Assembly (NCBI RefSeq): GCF_009914755.1
Contig: NC_060948.1
Reading direction: 5' to 3' (one strand)
Source: the human T2T-CHM13v2.0 reference genome, Homo sapiens
DNA: 64,000 nucleotides
Shown here: positions 1 to 43,525 of the stretch, one piece after another
How the letters are laid out: the number at the start of each line of letters is the position of its first letter
Position numbering within the stretch: the stretch's first letter is position 1
The notes under the pieces: generated by a model
The model's database searches: none
What the model was told of the DNA's origin: nothing
What the model saw: only the letters and a program-made list of their open reading frames with translations
Translations under genes and position numbers: made by a program

Positions 1-1600
1 ACTTCATTTTCCATCAAAGAAAATGTCTTTTAAGCTAACACATAAATAAAACGAACTAAGAAGAATATAAAGGTTAGTTATCAACATTAAGTGATGGAGT
101 ATGTCAAACCCTACTTTAAATATCAGTGTAACCAGAATCAGAGAAATTAGACGCCAGAAGCTCACGGGGTTTATATATATACTAAACCACATCAGAAATC
201 TACCCATTCCAGAAGAAGAATATTTCCAGAAGTCAGCAATTTATATGAGGAGGCATCCGGAAATCATTTCAAATAAAGAATAGCTAGATGAACTGCTAAA
301 CTTACCAAAGAATAAAGTAGGCAGACACATAAGGGGAGCTGCTTTCATTCACTTTAGGAACTGGTTATAAGGGGGAAAGCAGCTCCGGTGATTTGGCGGT
401 AATACTCTCGTTTACTCCTATTCTCATTTAAGCGTCATTAACAGCAAAGCATTTCTGTTTCTCTTCTATAAATATTCTATTGCTGGTAAAGCCAGAGGCA
501 GATTCTATGCAGATACATGCTAATTGTAAAGTCACATGAACACTACCTTTCTTTGATTATATAGTCTGTCATTATATGGACCTGCCATTGCTTAACCACA
601 TAAAAACCTGAGGGCAAAAAAGGCACTCTTGCTCCCATGGGAGTTTATAATCGGGTTAACAAGAAAGTAACAACAACAAAAAAATTAATATAAAGAATCA
701 CTTAAAAATATTTATAGGCATATATGACATGGAAAAAAATCAAGAATGAACAGGAAATCTATGTTTGGCTAATTCACTTAACGTCAAGGACAACATAATC
801 CTTTGCTCCCCAACAGGACCTTATGGTGGCATCTTAAAAAAAAAAAAGAAAGAAAAAGAAAGAAAAAAAAAGGACACCGAAACTATTATATGTATTCCTA
901 AACATTTTCAAAAACACATGAGAAATACAACATTGAAGTACTTATCCGGCTGTCTCCTTTTTCATTATAATAAAAGTAACAGAAAGGAAAACTTAAGTAC
1001 TTTATGTTTCTAGTCCATGACATTCTTGTTACTTTTATATTGGAAACTTCACCTTTCTCCAAATTTTCGGGAGTTGGCAACGTGGAAACCTCAAAGATAC
1101 TACCTCTTTCAGTTTCTTACCATAGATGTAATTATGGGTCATAGATATACTTGTATCTATGAAAAGAGATCCAGAGCATTACTATCTTCAAACAGCCAGC
1201 TAAAATGAAAATGTAATTGGGATTCTGTGCTCTGAAAAGTGCAGCATAAATTTATTTCACTCTATCTCCCTAAGAAAATTCATGAAAGTCAGTTTGGATG
1301 TTTCATTCAGCTATTTCACAGTAAAGATGAAAACTGCATCCAGAAATAAAGAAGAGAACACCACATCTCAGAAATCTCTTCTACAGAAAAGTTATTGCCA
1401 AGTATATTCCTCTCAAAATACTACTTCATTACTTCTAAATAAGACAGAGGTCTTCATTCTACACTACTTCTACGTGTTTCCTTAAATTTTAGGTACACTT
1501 CACTAATTTAAAATGACCAGCTATTCAGGAAATTTGTATAAACAAGTTGAATGCCTCAATAATACCTGAAAGTAAATCATTTTACTCCTTCTTACATTAC

Positions 1601-31994
<30,394 letters not shown>

Positions 31995-34900
31995 GGTGGT
32001 GGCAGGCAGCAGCTCCCGACAGGCTCAAGGAGGAACAGAGGCAGTGTTTCACCCACCACTTCTGGGTCTGCTGGTGAAGTCCGCTGGAACACGCTGTGGG
32101 GCTTCGAGTGGTCAAAGGAGCCAAAGGCTAAGGTGTAAGGAAAACCAAGGGCGGGCGAACCCTCGGAGGTAGAACCGCCAGGCTGAGGAGCGCAGGCCGA
32201 CTGAGGCATGGACTGCGGGGCTCTGGGAGGTGGCTCCTGTGCCGGGTATCGGGGCGCGTGGTATCGGCCTGAGCCAATGGGTGGCAGCACACCCGCCCCC
32301 TGGAGGGTGGAGGCCTGCGGGGGATGACGGCCGTCCCCCACGCTGTGGGTGCGCAGAGTACGCAGGGTATGCCGTGCGTGTGTGCTGGCCAGTGCCTGGG
32401 TTCCAGGCAGGCACCGCCTCCAAAACACCCTTGAAATAAGTATGCATACTGAAATATATGGTATAGTTTTAAAAAATGATAATGTGTCTGGGCTGTAGTT
32501 TCAAAATGGCTTCCGGAATGCACAGGTTTAGCACAATCACTGTTAGCGTCACACCCACCCCAAAATCTTTTAAAGTACCTGCAGAAATAAATAGTAGCAA
32601 GTCTGTGGAAAACGGAGGGAGACATCAACAGGCCAGAAACTTGGACTCCTTTCTGTCAAGTTTGAGATATAAGGGGTTGGATGGGAGGGAACGCCAGTTT
32701 TGACATTCAGGATGTTCCTTCTTTCAAGAGATAGTTACTGAGTGCCTGTGATTACCAGGTACTGCAGATGCAGGAGTGAACAGAATAAAATAATATCTCT
32801 TTGCTCAGGGATTTTACATTTTAATGGAAGACTTCACCTTCTAGGACTTACAGAAAGACGCTAGGCCTGCCTAGAGACTTACAGAACATTCTCAAGATCA
32901 GAGCAAGGGCCTAGAGCGGGAGCAAGCTGTGGGGCAGGTGGTGGAGCCAATCACATAACTTTGGGGACCACTCCAGCACCTGGTTATGCACACAGGGCTA
33001 CGTGGCTATGACCTTTATCCTCAAACTTCACTTCTGTACTGACGGAAAGAATTAAAATGTGACTTTTTGAACTGGCAAAATGCTGGACTGCTATAACGTG
33101 AGACGTGTCTCACTACTGACATCTAGTAATGCGGGATAAAAAAAAATAACGTTTTGTTTCCAATAGGCAGATAAGCCCATAAAAAAAGAAGGGAAATTCC
33201 AAGAACCAAAAATCAACTGAAAACCAGAGCAATGAATTGTTCAAATGATTGTTCTCCTGCCCTGGATATGGGGGCTGGGTTGTAGGGCAGCCAGTCATAC
33301 TCGTTTGCCCAGGACTTACTGGTTTTAGCACTGAGAAATTCCTGCATCCCTAAGGAAACCAGAAGGATTGGTCCTCCTAGGTGTGGGCAAAATGTTACTC
33401 TCTCTAACTTGAGGTCTGGATGTTTAGGGGCAGGAGGTAAGGGCTCAAGGTGGGAGCTGGAACTGAGTACTCTGCAAAAAGCCATTGTCCCTAAAATCCT
33501 TAGGAAAAGGATGGAGTGGGGAAAATATAAATCACCCATGAACGAGCAGATGAGGAAGCTTGCCCCATCTCTGGATGAAGAAAATACGTATTTAACTCTC
33601 ATTATATTTTAAAACCCTAGACCTGCATTTCATCAAAGTTTGGGGTTTAAATCTGTGACATATTATTGGAATCTGCAAGCCAAGAAATGGGTCCTCCTAC
33701 ACCATCACCCTCTCTCCTGCCTAAAGAGATCCTAGACATGGGGCATCTAGAATGCCTGGCAGAAGCAAACATAAAGCCGACTTGGATGAATCCTTCTACA
33801 ACCTAGGCTGAAAGAAAATGATCCTTTAAGGACACGCTCACAGTAAAAATTTATACAACACTACTTATCTTGAATAAGAATGGCATACAAACAAGAAAGT
33901 TAAAACTTACAGAAGAAGCTTCTCAGTAGCAATAGAAACTAGAAGATAACAGTAATATGCTCACGTGTGTATGTGTTTTGTTTTGTGTTTTTTCTTTTTG
34001 TCACGTTATTTTTTTCCTCAACTTATTTGGAGTAATGCAGTCTATATTTTTAAGTGACTGTTTTACTATTTGAAAATGTAAACTTAAAATATAAAGCTAA
34101 TACATAGCTTTACTCTCCTCTTGAATAATACAAAGGCCTTTAGGATGTTTTAGCTTTGGACACCCTCCCCTCTCTCAGTTTATATGTTATTCACTATTTT
34201 AGCTCTATCCTGGTTTCACCATATAAATTAGACATCGTTTTTTTAGACCCATCCACATATGTAGTAACATTTTGCTTACCATTTCTTTGCATATCTCAGA
34301 TCTGCCTTCTGAATCATTTTCCTTACGCCTGTAGCAAATTCTTTATAATTTCCTTGTGTGACAGTGTGATGTGGTAAACTCTTGGGTTTTTTTCTACCTA
34401 AAATATTTTGATTTTTCCCTGTTGTTTCATAATTATACTGAATATATAATTCTAGGTTTAAAAGTATTTTCCCTCTCAGAATATTGAGCATATTACTCTG
34501 TTATCTTCTAGTTTCTATTGCAACTGAGAAATCTGCTGTCAGTCTTTTTGCTGTGTAAGATCAGTTTTTCTTTGGTGTTCTGAACTTTCACAATGATGTA
34601 AGTAGGTGTGGAGTTTTTAAAAATTTTGCCTGCTTAGGAGTTTTAACACTTTCTGGATTTGTGTATTAGTTCTTAACAGTTCTGAACAGTTTCACCCATT
34701 TTCTTGTTAAAGGTTAGCTGGTCAAGGGATCAAACATTATTTGTATTTTATATTTCATAAGTGATTCTTAGAATTTTCTTTAGATCATGAATTTTTTAAA
34801 GGCTGGTGCTGTTTTCTTGAAATCTTATGAAATCTCTTAAAAAATTTTTAGGATCAAAACTGATTGTATCCATTTCAATGTGTTAAGTAAGATTAGTGGC

Positions 34901-35499
34901 ATAATTCGTATCAGCTCAGAAATAGATCTCTATATTTCTTCCTATATGCTGGGGGAGAAGAAAAAATGCTGGTGTCTTTGAACACCTCTGCCAGTTCTTC
35001 TGTGCTCCTAAAGCCTACGGCTTTGGAAAGAAGGCTACGTTTGTATAGGCACACTTGAATTTCAATCACTTGCAAATCATTTTCAAGATTTTTGTTTTAT
35101 CTGCCCTGAGCGTCTATTATTATTTACCTGTTTTTAAAATTAACTTATTGTCCTAAACAATAACATTTGCAAGATCAGATGTACTGTTTTAGCTACATTT
35201 TAAACGGTGACATTAAAATAAATACAGAAAGATTCAAATTTAAAACACTGTTTGTTTATGCGTCACTTCATACCACATTCTGCCAGGTCAACAGGTAACA
35301 TGGTTTTGGGAAACACTGGACTAGCAGAACTCCATAGAGCTTTAGATATGCAAAGTTAGGCCCAAGGGACTAAAGAGTAGAGTTTCAAATTGTTCTGCCT
35401 AATAAATGAGAATAATCAAATTACAAGGGGAGAAACCAAGCAAGGGGTTGGGGGGAGAAGTGGAAGTCCTGGAAGCTGGAGAAAAGAAGTAACCTTGCA

Positions 35500-35790
35500 G
35501 GTTGGCTTATTTGCTCACACCTGTAATTCTCACACTTTGGGAGGCTGAGCCCGATGGATCGCCCAAGTTCAGGTGTTTGAGACCAGTCTGGGGAACATGG
35601 GAAAACCCTGTCTCTACCAAAAATACCAAAAATTAGCTGGGTGTGGCAGTGTGCAGCTGTGGTCCCTGCTCCTCAGGAGGCTGAGGTGGGAGGATCATTT
35701 GAGTCTGGGAGGTGGCGGTTGCAGTGAGCCAAGATTGCCCCCACTGCATTCCAGCCTGGGTGACACAGTGAGACTCCTTCTCAGAAAAAT
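35500..35790 (+). mobile_element. Old AluJ-type element
   Basis: Diverged dimeric Alu with flanking direct repeat taaccttgca. Confidence 0.85.
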
Positions 35791-35857
35791 GAAATTAACC
35801 TTGCAAAGAGACAAGAAGTTGGAGCCTGCAGTGAAAGATGTCTGAGTATATTAGAAA

Positions 35858-35970
35858 CTTTTTTTTATATATGTTTTAAATAATTTATATTTTTTAAATA
35901 TAATTTTAAAAATTATATTTATTGTTTAAATAAATTTAACTATTTTTTAAACAAATTTAAAAAATTTGTA
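35858..35970. repeat. AT-rich low-complexity tract; mirror at 48960-49072
   Basis: About 110 bp almost exclusively A/T. Confidence 0.8.
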
Positions 35971-36107
35971 TGTCCGTGCCTCACCCCAAACCAACTAAAT
36001 CAGCTGAGGGCAGGGCTCAGAAGTCAATATTTTTTTTAAGGAAATGTTTGTCTTGTTACTCCAATATGGGGCCAAATTTGAAAATTGGTGCTATTGGTGC
36101 TATGGAG

Positions 36108-36270
36108 GCTTGCTACTCAGTGTATGTAATCCTCAGATCAGCAACTTCACATCACGCGGGTGCTGTAAAATCTCAGGTCCCATGCCAAACCTACTGAATC
36201 AGAGTCTGCATTTTAACAAGATCTCCAAATGGCTCATGTGCACACTGACTGACGGTCAAGAAACATTGCC
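36108..36270. mobile_element. MER5A-like hAT element; mirror at 48660-48822
   Basis: acctactgaatcagagtctgcattttaacaagatctcca core. Confidence 0.65.
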
Positions 36271-37499
36271 ATCGAGAGCGCTTGTCATAAACAAGTTGCA
36301 CCCCCCCTGGATCTGAGAATGCTTCACCTTATAAATAAATAGTCTACTTTCTCAGCCTTTCTTGCAGCTACATCTTGGGCAGGTAACCTACACAACAGCA
36401 GTGAGATGCACCCATCCCAAATTTTGAAGAGGGGACTGCTGATGCTGTAAAGAAGGGACTGCAGAGAATTCTTTCTGGAGAAGAGTATCAACAGCAGCAG
36501 CGGCAGCCATGGTATCGGTTAGAGCTGCGGTGGCCACTACTGTCAGTTGTGCAAGCCACGATGTAACTCAGTGCCCAGTGGTGACAGCTGAGGTTTCTTC
36601 ACTGGACAAGTTCTGCGGCACGGTTTTGTGTGTCATTCCTGGAGACAACCTGGCTCTTTGGTTCATTTTGAGATTCTGTGGGCTAGTTATCCAATAAATT
36701 TTAATAAGTTGTTCTCCTGTTTAAACCAGCCAAAACTTCTGTGACTATTGCTTGCAACGAAGCATCTTGACTACATTAGGTGATGAGTGAGGTTAGCCAG
36801 ACTGCTTTTAAAAAGAAGGTTAACAGCTAAAAGATTTATGACTCTTTACTGTGATTATGTAGCATACTGTCCTGCTATAGTGTCCAACCTTTACCAAGCT
36901 TCCAGTACACACACAAATGCCTTATGTCAGCGGTATTTTGTGAGGAGTGTCAAGGACACTGTCCGTTGCAACATGGGTCAGGGACAGCATGCTGATCCAC
37001 AGCAAGATGATATGTAGATGAAATAATTCAGTAGGAACAGTAGCTTACAGCCAAAAGTGACCTGGAAAAGCAAAAATCATGAGCTCAGTATGCCCAGCAA
37101 GATAGAAAGAAATATGTGCTATTCCCATTGCATGTTAGCAGATGTTTAAACCAATTCCATTTAAATCTCAGGGTATGGTGCCTCATCTTCTGTTGGACCT
37201 GTATTCGTGTGGTCCAGCATAGCAACACACATCTCGTGTACACTTGTGCATACTTACAGATATGTCTATCAACTGAGCAACATTGGCTTAAGCCCTGCCT
37301 GTTCACCTTTAATCCTACTACCTGCAATAATAGTTTATTCAGTCAAAACTTAAATCTCCTAAGCAGATTGTCTGAATTTTGGGATTGGTCTGAAGCAAAC
37401 GTGCATAATCTTCATGATGGCCTCTTGATTCTAAATATTAAATATTTAACTGAAAAATTATCAGTTTGTTAAAAGTAATAATATTGACACAAGGCACTG

Positions 37500-37730
37500 A
37501 TACTGATACGGTGCATACTATGTACCAGGCATTATTGTAATCATTTTACTTCTAGTTCATCTAATCCTCATAACAATACTAGGTGCTATTATTATCTCAA
37601 TTTTATGGAGAAGGAAGTAGAGGTACACAGAGGTTGGATAACTTGCCTGAGATCATAGTTGGTAGGCATCAGAGCTGTGATTTAAACCCAGTCAGACTTT
37701 AACATCTGAGTTCTCAACCAGTATGCTATA
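37500..37730 (-). mobile_element. MIR; mirror at 47200-47430
   Basis: MIR core: aatcctcataacaa...attattatctcaattttatggagaagga...acagaggttggataacttgcc. Confidence 0.65.
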
Positions 37731-37852
37731 TTAGCAAACTACATGGAGGAAGAAAGGGGTAATATAGTGGGACAAATTTATGTATTAAATGTCTTGTTCC
37801 CATGAGAGTAGCTAAACAAAGAAGCAAAACCACAAATCTAAGCCCTAAACAA

Positions 37853-38707
37853 CACTATGGTCTGAATGTTTGCCCCCACTCAACCTCTCACCTGTACATA
37901 TGTTGAAACTCTAGTCCCTGGGGTGATGGTATCAGGAAGCGGAGCCTTTGGGAGATGAATTAGGTCCTAAGGGCAGAGCGTTCGTGAATGAATGATGGTA
38001 TTAGGAAGTGGAGCCTTTGGGAGACGAATTATGTCATGAGGCCAGAGCTTTGGTGAATGGGATTGATGCCCTTGTAAAAGAGGACTCGGGGAGCTTAGTT
38101 ACTCCTCCTACCATGTAAGAATACAGCAAGAAGTTGGCAGTCTGCACCCCAGAAAAGTGTCCTCACCAGAACCTCACCGTGCTGACACCCTGGTCTTGGA
38201 CTTGCCAGTCTCCAAAACTGTGAGATACAAATTTCTGTTGTTTATAAGCCATCCAGGTTCAGGTATTGTTATTATAAGAGCCTGAACAGATTAAGAAAGG
38301 TAGTACTGGGAGAGGGGTGCTGCTATAATAAATGCCTAAAACTATGGAATCAGTTTTGTAAATGGGTAATGGGTAGAGGCTGGAAGAGTTTTGACATGTA
38401 TCCTAGAAAAATCCTACACTGCTGTGAACAGACCAGGCCATAAAGGGTGATTCTGATGAGGGTTCAGAAGGAGAAAAGGAGAGCTGTAGAGAAAACTTGA
38501 CTCTTCTTAGAGAGTACCTAAGTAGTTGTGAAGAGACTTAGTAGAAATATAGACAGTAAAGACCATTCTGACGTGAGGAACATGTTATTGGAGACTAGAG
38601 GAAAGACAATCCTTGTTACAAAGTAGCAACAAACTTGGATAAATCATGTTCATGTACTATTGTTTTGTGGAGTATTGCTTTTACTATAGCAGCCTGAACA
38701 GATAATA
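37853..38707 (+). mobile_element. Older MaLR (MLT1A/MST-like) LTR with partial internal sequence; mirror at 46223-47077
   Basis: ctatggtctgaatgtttg start; aaatttctgttgtttataagcca 3' motif; MaLR-int-like 38300-38670; second LTR end fragment near 38700. Confidence 0.7.
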
Positions 38708-39573
38708 CTTCTATCTACACTAATGAATTGCTCCAAAACAATTGGCCCTTGAGGAGCCTATCTGCTTAACAAAAGTAAAATTTCCACATTTCCTTCTGAA
38801 TTTTGCCTGTTAACAAATCTTTCAGTACTTTTTTCAAATGTTGGAATCAATCTCATCTCTACACCACTGACTGCCTACTCACACACATACTTCTCCCAGT
38901 TGCTTTGAAACTGCTTTTTCTGCATCAGGAGGCATCACTACTGAGCAAACTCTTGCAAATCACAAGTTGAACACTTGTGGAGAAAGCAGAGAGAAAAAGC
39001 TGGTATAACTCACTCTTCTTCCTTTCCTCATCCCTAATCATGCTAACCTTCATTTCCTTAGTTTTATTCTTTCTACATTCATTTTTTGTTTCTTATCCAT
39101 TTTTGACAATACGAGTAATAGATAATATGTGCCCCTTTCTTTAAAATACTAAAAACATTCAGGTAGGCTTAAGTTACCTTTTGACCACCAGCTCTACATC
39201 CCAGATCCATTCCCAGAGATGGGTAGTTTGGTGTAAATCCTTTCAGATGTTTTTCTAGATGTTTCCTTTTATACACTTATAGGGAACATTTGATATTTGA
39301 ACTTACAGAACATATTTACTAACATAAAATATGTGGCATTTTTATTATACTTGTAATAGAGAAATTATATTCATATAATAAGTACTATGTATATGTATAC
39401 ATATTGTAGAAAATGTATGCTTACACTATATATTTATACTTAGAGGGTATATAGAGGGAATATATATTATTTGGGGTATATGTTCTTGAACAAAAATGCT
39501 ATTAAAATGTATGTAACTTGATTTTTTTCCTCCAAGAACATGACTCAGAAATACCTACATTAACAGGTAGATT

Positions 39574-39705
39574 TTTTTTCTTTTTTAGAAATGAGGTCTT
39601 GCTGTATTGCCCAGGCTGGCCTGGAACTCCTGGGTTCAAGTGATCCTCCCACCTCAGCCTATGAGTAGCTGGGACTATGGGGGTACACCATCACACCCAG
39701 TTACT
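39574..39705 (-). mobile_element. Alu monomer (FLAM-like); mirror at 45225-45356
   Basis: Single ~130-bp monomer with T tail. Confidence 0.75.
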
Positions 39706-40294
39706 CAGAAATTTCTAATGTCAGCACATATATATATACTTAATTCCTTTTAACTTTGGCATAATTTTACATAATATGGATATGCCACCATTATTAGCCA
39801 TTCCCTGGTCAATGGACATTTAGGTCACTTGTGCTTTGTCGTAGTTATTAATAATATACAATGAACCTCTCTCATTGGAGCCAAATGAGTATTTATTTTT
39901 TCTGGGGGTGAACGCCAAGAGATATATCTGTCGGGTCATGGATATGCACATTTCAAATTTTAATAGATATCAGAAAATTGCCCTTTGAAGTGTTGTGCCA
40001 GTATGTACCAATTTACACTCCACCATTTGTGAGTTAGAGTCTTCATTTGTCTATTCACTTTCCAATATTGATATCACTGCTCTTTAATTTGCCAACCTGA
40101 TGGTCAAGAAGTGGCATCTCATTTTCATTTTACTTTGGTTTTCCCTGATTGCTCATGGAGTTAAACTTTTTTCTACTGTTTGTTGACTGTTTGGATTCCT
40201 CATTGCTGAGAGACCTGTTCATAGCCTCCGGTCATTTTTCATTTGAGTTGCTTGTCTTTATCATATTGTTTTGTGGTAATCTGGCTTCTTTCAT

Positions 40295-40622
40295 TTTTTT
40301 GTTTGTTTGTTTGTTTGTTGTTTTGTTTTCTTTTGTTTTCAGGCAGAGTCTGGCTCTGTTGCCCAGACTGGTGTGCAGTGGCGCGATCTTGGCTCACTGC
40401 AACCTCTGCCTCCCAGGTTAAACTGATTCTCCTGCCTCAGCGTCCAGTGTAGCTGGGACTACAGGCACACACCACCACGCCTGGCTAATTTTTGTAGTTT
40501 TAGTACAGATGAGGCTTCACCATATTGGTCAGGCTGGTCTCGAACTCCTGACCTCAGGTGATCCACCCACCTCAGCCTCCCAAAGTGCTGGGATTACCGG
40601 CATGAGCCACCACACCCAGCCA
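40295..40622 (-). mobile_element. AluSx-type element with (TTTG)n tail
   Basis: Full Alu in reverse orientation; cctcaggtgatcc motif. Confidence 0.88.
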
Positions 40623-41574
40623 GCTTCCTTCTTTATCTTCCTCCTCAGTCCCTCAGGCAAAGGTGCAGCGGTATTGGTGCCTCTTTGAAGTTCCACTTCA
40701 GTGTGATGAACTACAGTTACATTTATTTTCAAGAATTTCTTTTCCTAAACTGGAGAAATTTAAGCCATGAATCAGAGAGAAAGGGAAATCTCTGGTGTAA
40801 ACATTAACCACTGAAACTTTCAATGTCTTTGAACCCGTCAACTCTGCTGGACCTCTTTCTAAAAAACAGATGAGAGTTGTTACTCAAGTCAGTTAGCCCT
40901 TTAGTACTTTCAAACATTTTTTTTTTAGGAGCTCAAGGAATTGCCAGAGAGAAGGAGAACTGTTAGCTCTGATTTCTAAAGAGCTTTCCTAAATATTGAT
41001 TGCATTTTTTAGGCAATGCGACAATCTCAAAGCACTTTGCTAAGGGCGACATTGTGTTGAGGTCTAACTGTTAAATTTCTCATCTTGCCCCGATTCCCTT
41101 AATTTACAATGAGAATATCTGTAGAGAAATGAGGTGAGACATCAGGTGAGTAAATACACATTAACAGGGGCAGCATTTACAGATTAGCAGGGAAGGTTCT
41201 GATGACAACTTGATTAATGCAAAACTAAATTAATCAATCTCTGATCACCACAAAAAGGAGCGGGTGAAATGTTTCTTTTTTCCTCATGAAGGATTTTTTT
41301 TTTTTCTGTGACTTACGTGGCATTGACTGAAAAAAAAAAAAGTCCACAATTTCAAAACCCTTTTGGCAAAAACTTTATGTACCTCTAGCTAGCATTTCAG
41401 CCTGCATTAGCAAGTACAAGGAACTGAAAGGACTAAAGAAGAGAATACAGTCAAAGGAAAATCATGGAATAAAGAAAAACCAGGCACAGAGATAATATAC
41501 ATAATTTTTAAAAAAAGGAAGGAAGTGGAGGGAAACCTTTTTTGTTATTTCCAATACCTAGTCAGTCAACAAGT

Positions 41575-41787
41575 TTTATTTTGTTTTGTTCCGTTTTTAA
41601 GAGACAGGTCTCGTTCTGTCAGCTAGGCTGGAGTACGGTGGTGTTGTCATAGCTCACTGCAGTCTCAAATTCCTGGGCTCAAGGGATCCTCCCACCTCAG
41701 CCTCCCAAGAAGCTAATACTATGGGTTCATGCCACCATGTCCAGTTAATTTTGTTTTCATTTTTGTATTTTTTGTAGAGATGGGGTC
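41575..41787 (-). mobile_element. AluJ-type fragment interrupted by the THE1 LTR
   Basis: Right arm and linker ending at gagatggggtc, then LTR start. Confidence 0.8.
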
Positions 41788-42160
41788 TGATATGGTTAGG
41801 CTTTGTGTCCTCACCCAAATCTCATCATGAATTGTAATCCCCATAATCCCGAAATGTCAAGGGAGACACCAGGTGGCGGTAATTGAATCGTAGGGACAGC
41901 TTCCCCCATACCGTTCTAATGATAATGAGTTCTCATGAGATCTGATGGTTTTATGAGGGTGTCTTCCCCCTTCCCTTGGCAGTTTTTCCTGCTACCTTGT
42001 GAATAAGGTGCCTTGCCTCCCCTTCACCTTCCACCATGATTGTAAGTTTCCTGAGGCCTCTCCAGGCATGCTGAACTGTGAGTCAATTAGACCATTTTTC
42101 CTTTGTAAATTACTCAGTCTTGGGCAGTTATTTATAGCAGTATGAAAATGGCCTAATACA
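41788..42160 (+). mobile_element. THE1-family MaLR LTR (THE1C/D-like)
   Basis: Starts TGATATGGTT..., ends ...CTAATACA; about 373 bp. Confidence 0.88.
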
Positions 42161-43525
42161 GTAAGTTGGTATGACTGAGAGTGGGGTGCTGCTATAAAGA
42201 TATCCAAGAATGTGGAAGCATCTTTGGAACGGGGTAACAGGCGGAGGTTGGAACAGTTTGGAGGGCTCAGAAGAAGACAAGAAAATGAGGGAAAATTTGG
42301 AACTTCCTAGAGACTTGTTGAATGTCTTTCACCAAAATGCTGATAATGATATAGACAATGAAGTCCAGGCTGATGTGGTCTCAGATGGAGATGAGGAACT
42401 TGTTGGGAAGCAGAATAAAGGTGACTATTGCTATAATTTAGCAAAGAGACTGGGAGCATTTTGCACCTACCCTAGAGATCTGTGGAACTTTGAGCTTGAA
42501 GGAGAAGATTTAGGGTATCTGGTGGAAGAAATTTCTCAGCAGCAATGTGTTCAAGAATTGACTTGGATGCTCCTAAAATCACTCAGTTTTATGCACTCAT
42601 AAAGAGATGGTTTGGAATTGGAACTTATGTTTAAAAGTGAAATGGAGTGTAAAAGTTTTGAAAATTTGTAACCTCATGATGTGACAGAAAAGAAAGAAAA
42701 ACCCATTTTCTGTTGAGAAATTTGAGCTGGCTTCAGAAATTTGCATAAGTAACAAGGAACCAAATGATAGTCACCAAGACAGTGGGGAAGATGTCTCCAG
42801 GGCATGCCAGAGAACTTCATAGCAGCCCCTCTTATTACAGACCTGGAGGCCTAGGGGGAAAAAATGGTTTCATGGGCTGGGCACAGGGCCTTGCTGCTTT
42901 GTGCAGTCTTGGGACTTGGTGCCATGCATCCCAGCCATGGGTAAAAGGGGATAACACAGAGCTCAGGCTATTGCTTCAGAGGCTGCAAGCCCCAAGCCTT
43001 GGCATCTCCCATGTGCTGTTGAGCCTGTGGGTGCACAGAAGCCAAGAAGTTAGGTTTAGGAACCTCTGCCTAGATTTCAGAGGATGCATGACAATGCCTG
43101 CATGTCTAGGGATCTGCCCCAGAATGGCACTGTGCTCCTGGAAAATACAAAATACATTCAATGCCAGCCTGTGAAAGCAGCCAGGAAGGGGGTTGTACTC
43201 TGCAAACCACAGGGGTGGAGCGCCTAAGGCCATGGGAACCCATCTCTTGTATCAGCATGATCTAGATATGAGACATGAAGTCAAAGGAGATCACTGCAGA
43301 GCTTAAGATTTGGCTGCCCTGAAGATTTCAGACTTTGCATGGGGTCTGCTGCACCTTCATTTTAGCCAATTTCACCCATTTGGAATGGGTGTATTTACTC
43401 AATGCCTGTACCCTCATTGTATCTAGGAAGTTACTAACTTACTTTTGATTTTACAGGCTCATACGTGAGACTTGCCTTGTCTCAGGTGAGACTTTGAACT
43501 TGGACTTTTGGGTGAAATGTTGGAA
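42161..43525 (+). mobile_element. THE1 internal region, 3'-truncated, no second LTR
   Basis: Typical MaLR internal ORF remnant (WNSLEGSEEDKKMRENLELPRDLLN, 42210-42602); ends at the arm boundary. Confidence 0.85.

Noticed and set aside
37920-38060. Internal direct duplication of about 65 bp in the MaLR LTR
   Set aside because: Ordinary slippage within an old repeat with no functional signal.
42050-42080. Possible PRDM9 hotspot motif in the THE1 LTR
   Set aside because: The site reads cctctccaggcat and does not match CCTCCCTNNCCAC.
42210-43233. ORFs of 130 and 136 aa in the spacer
   Set aside because: They are remnants of the THE1 internal ORF, not a host gene.
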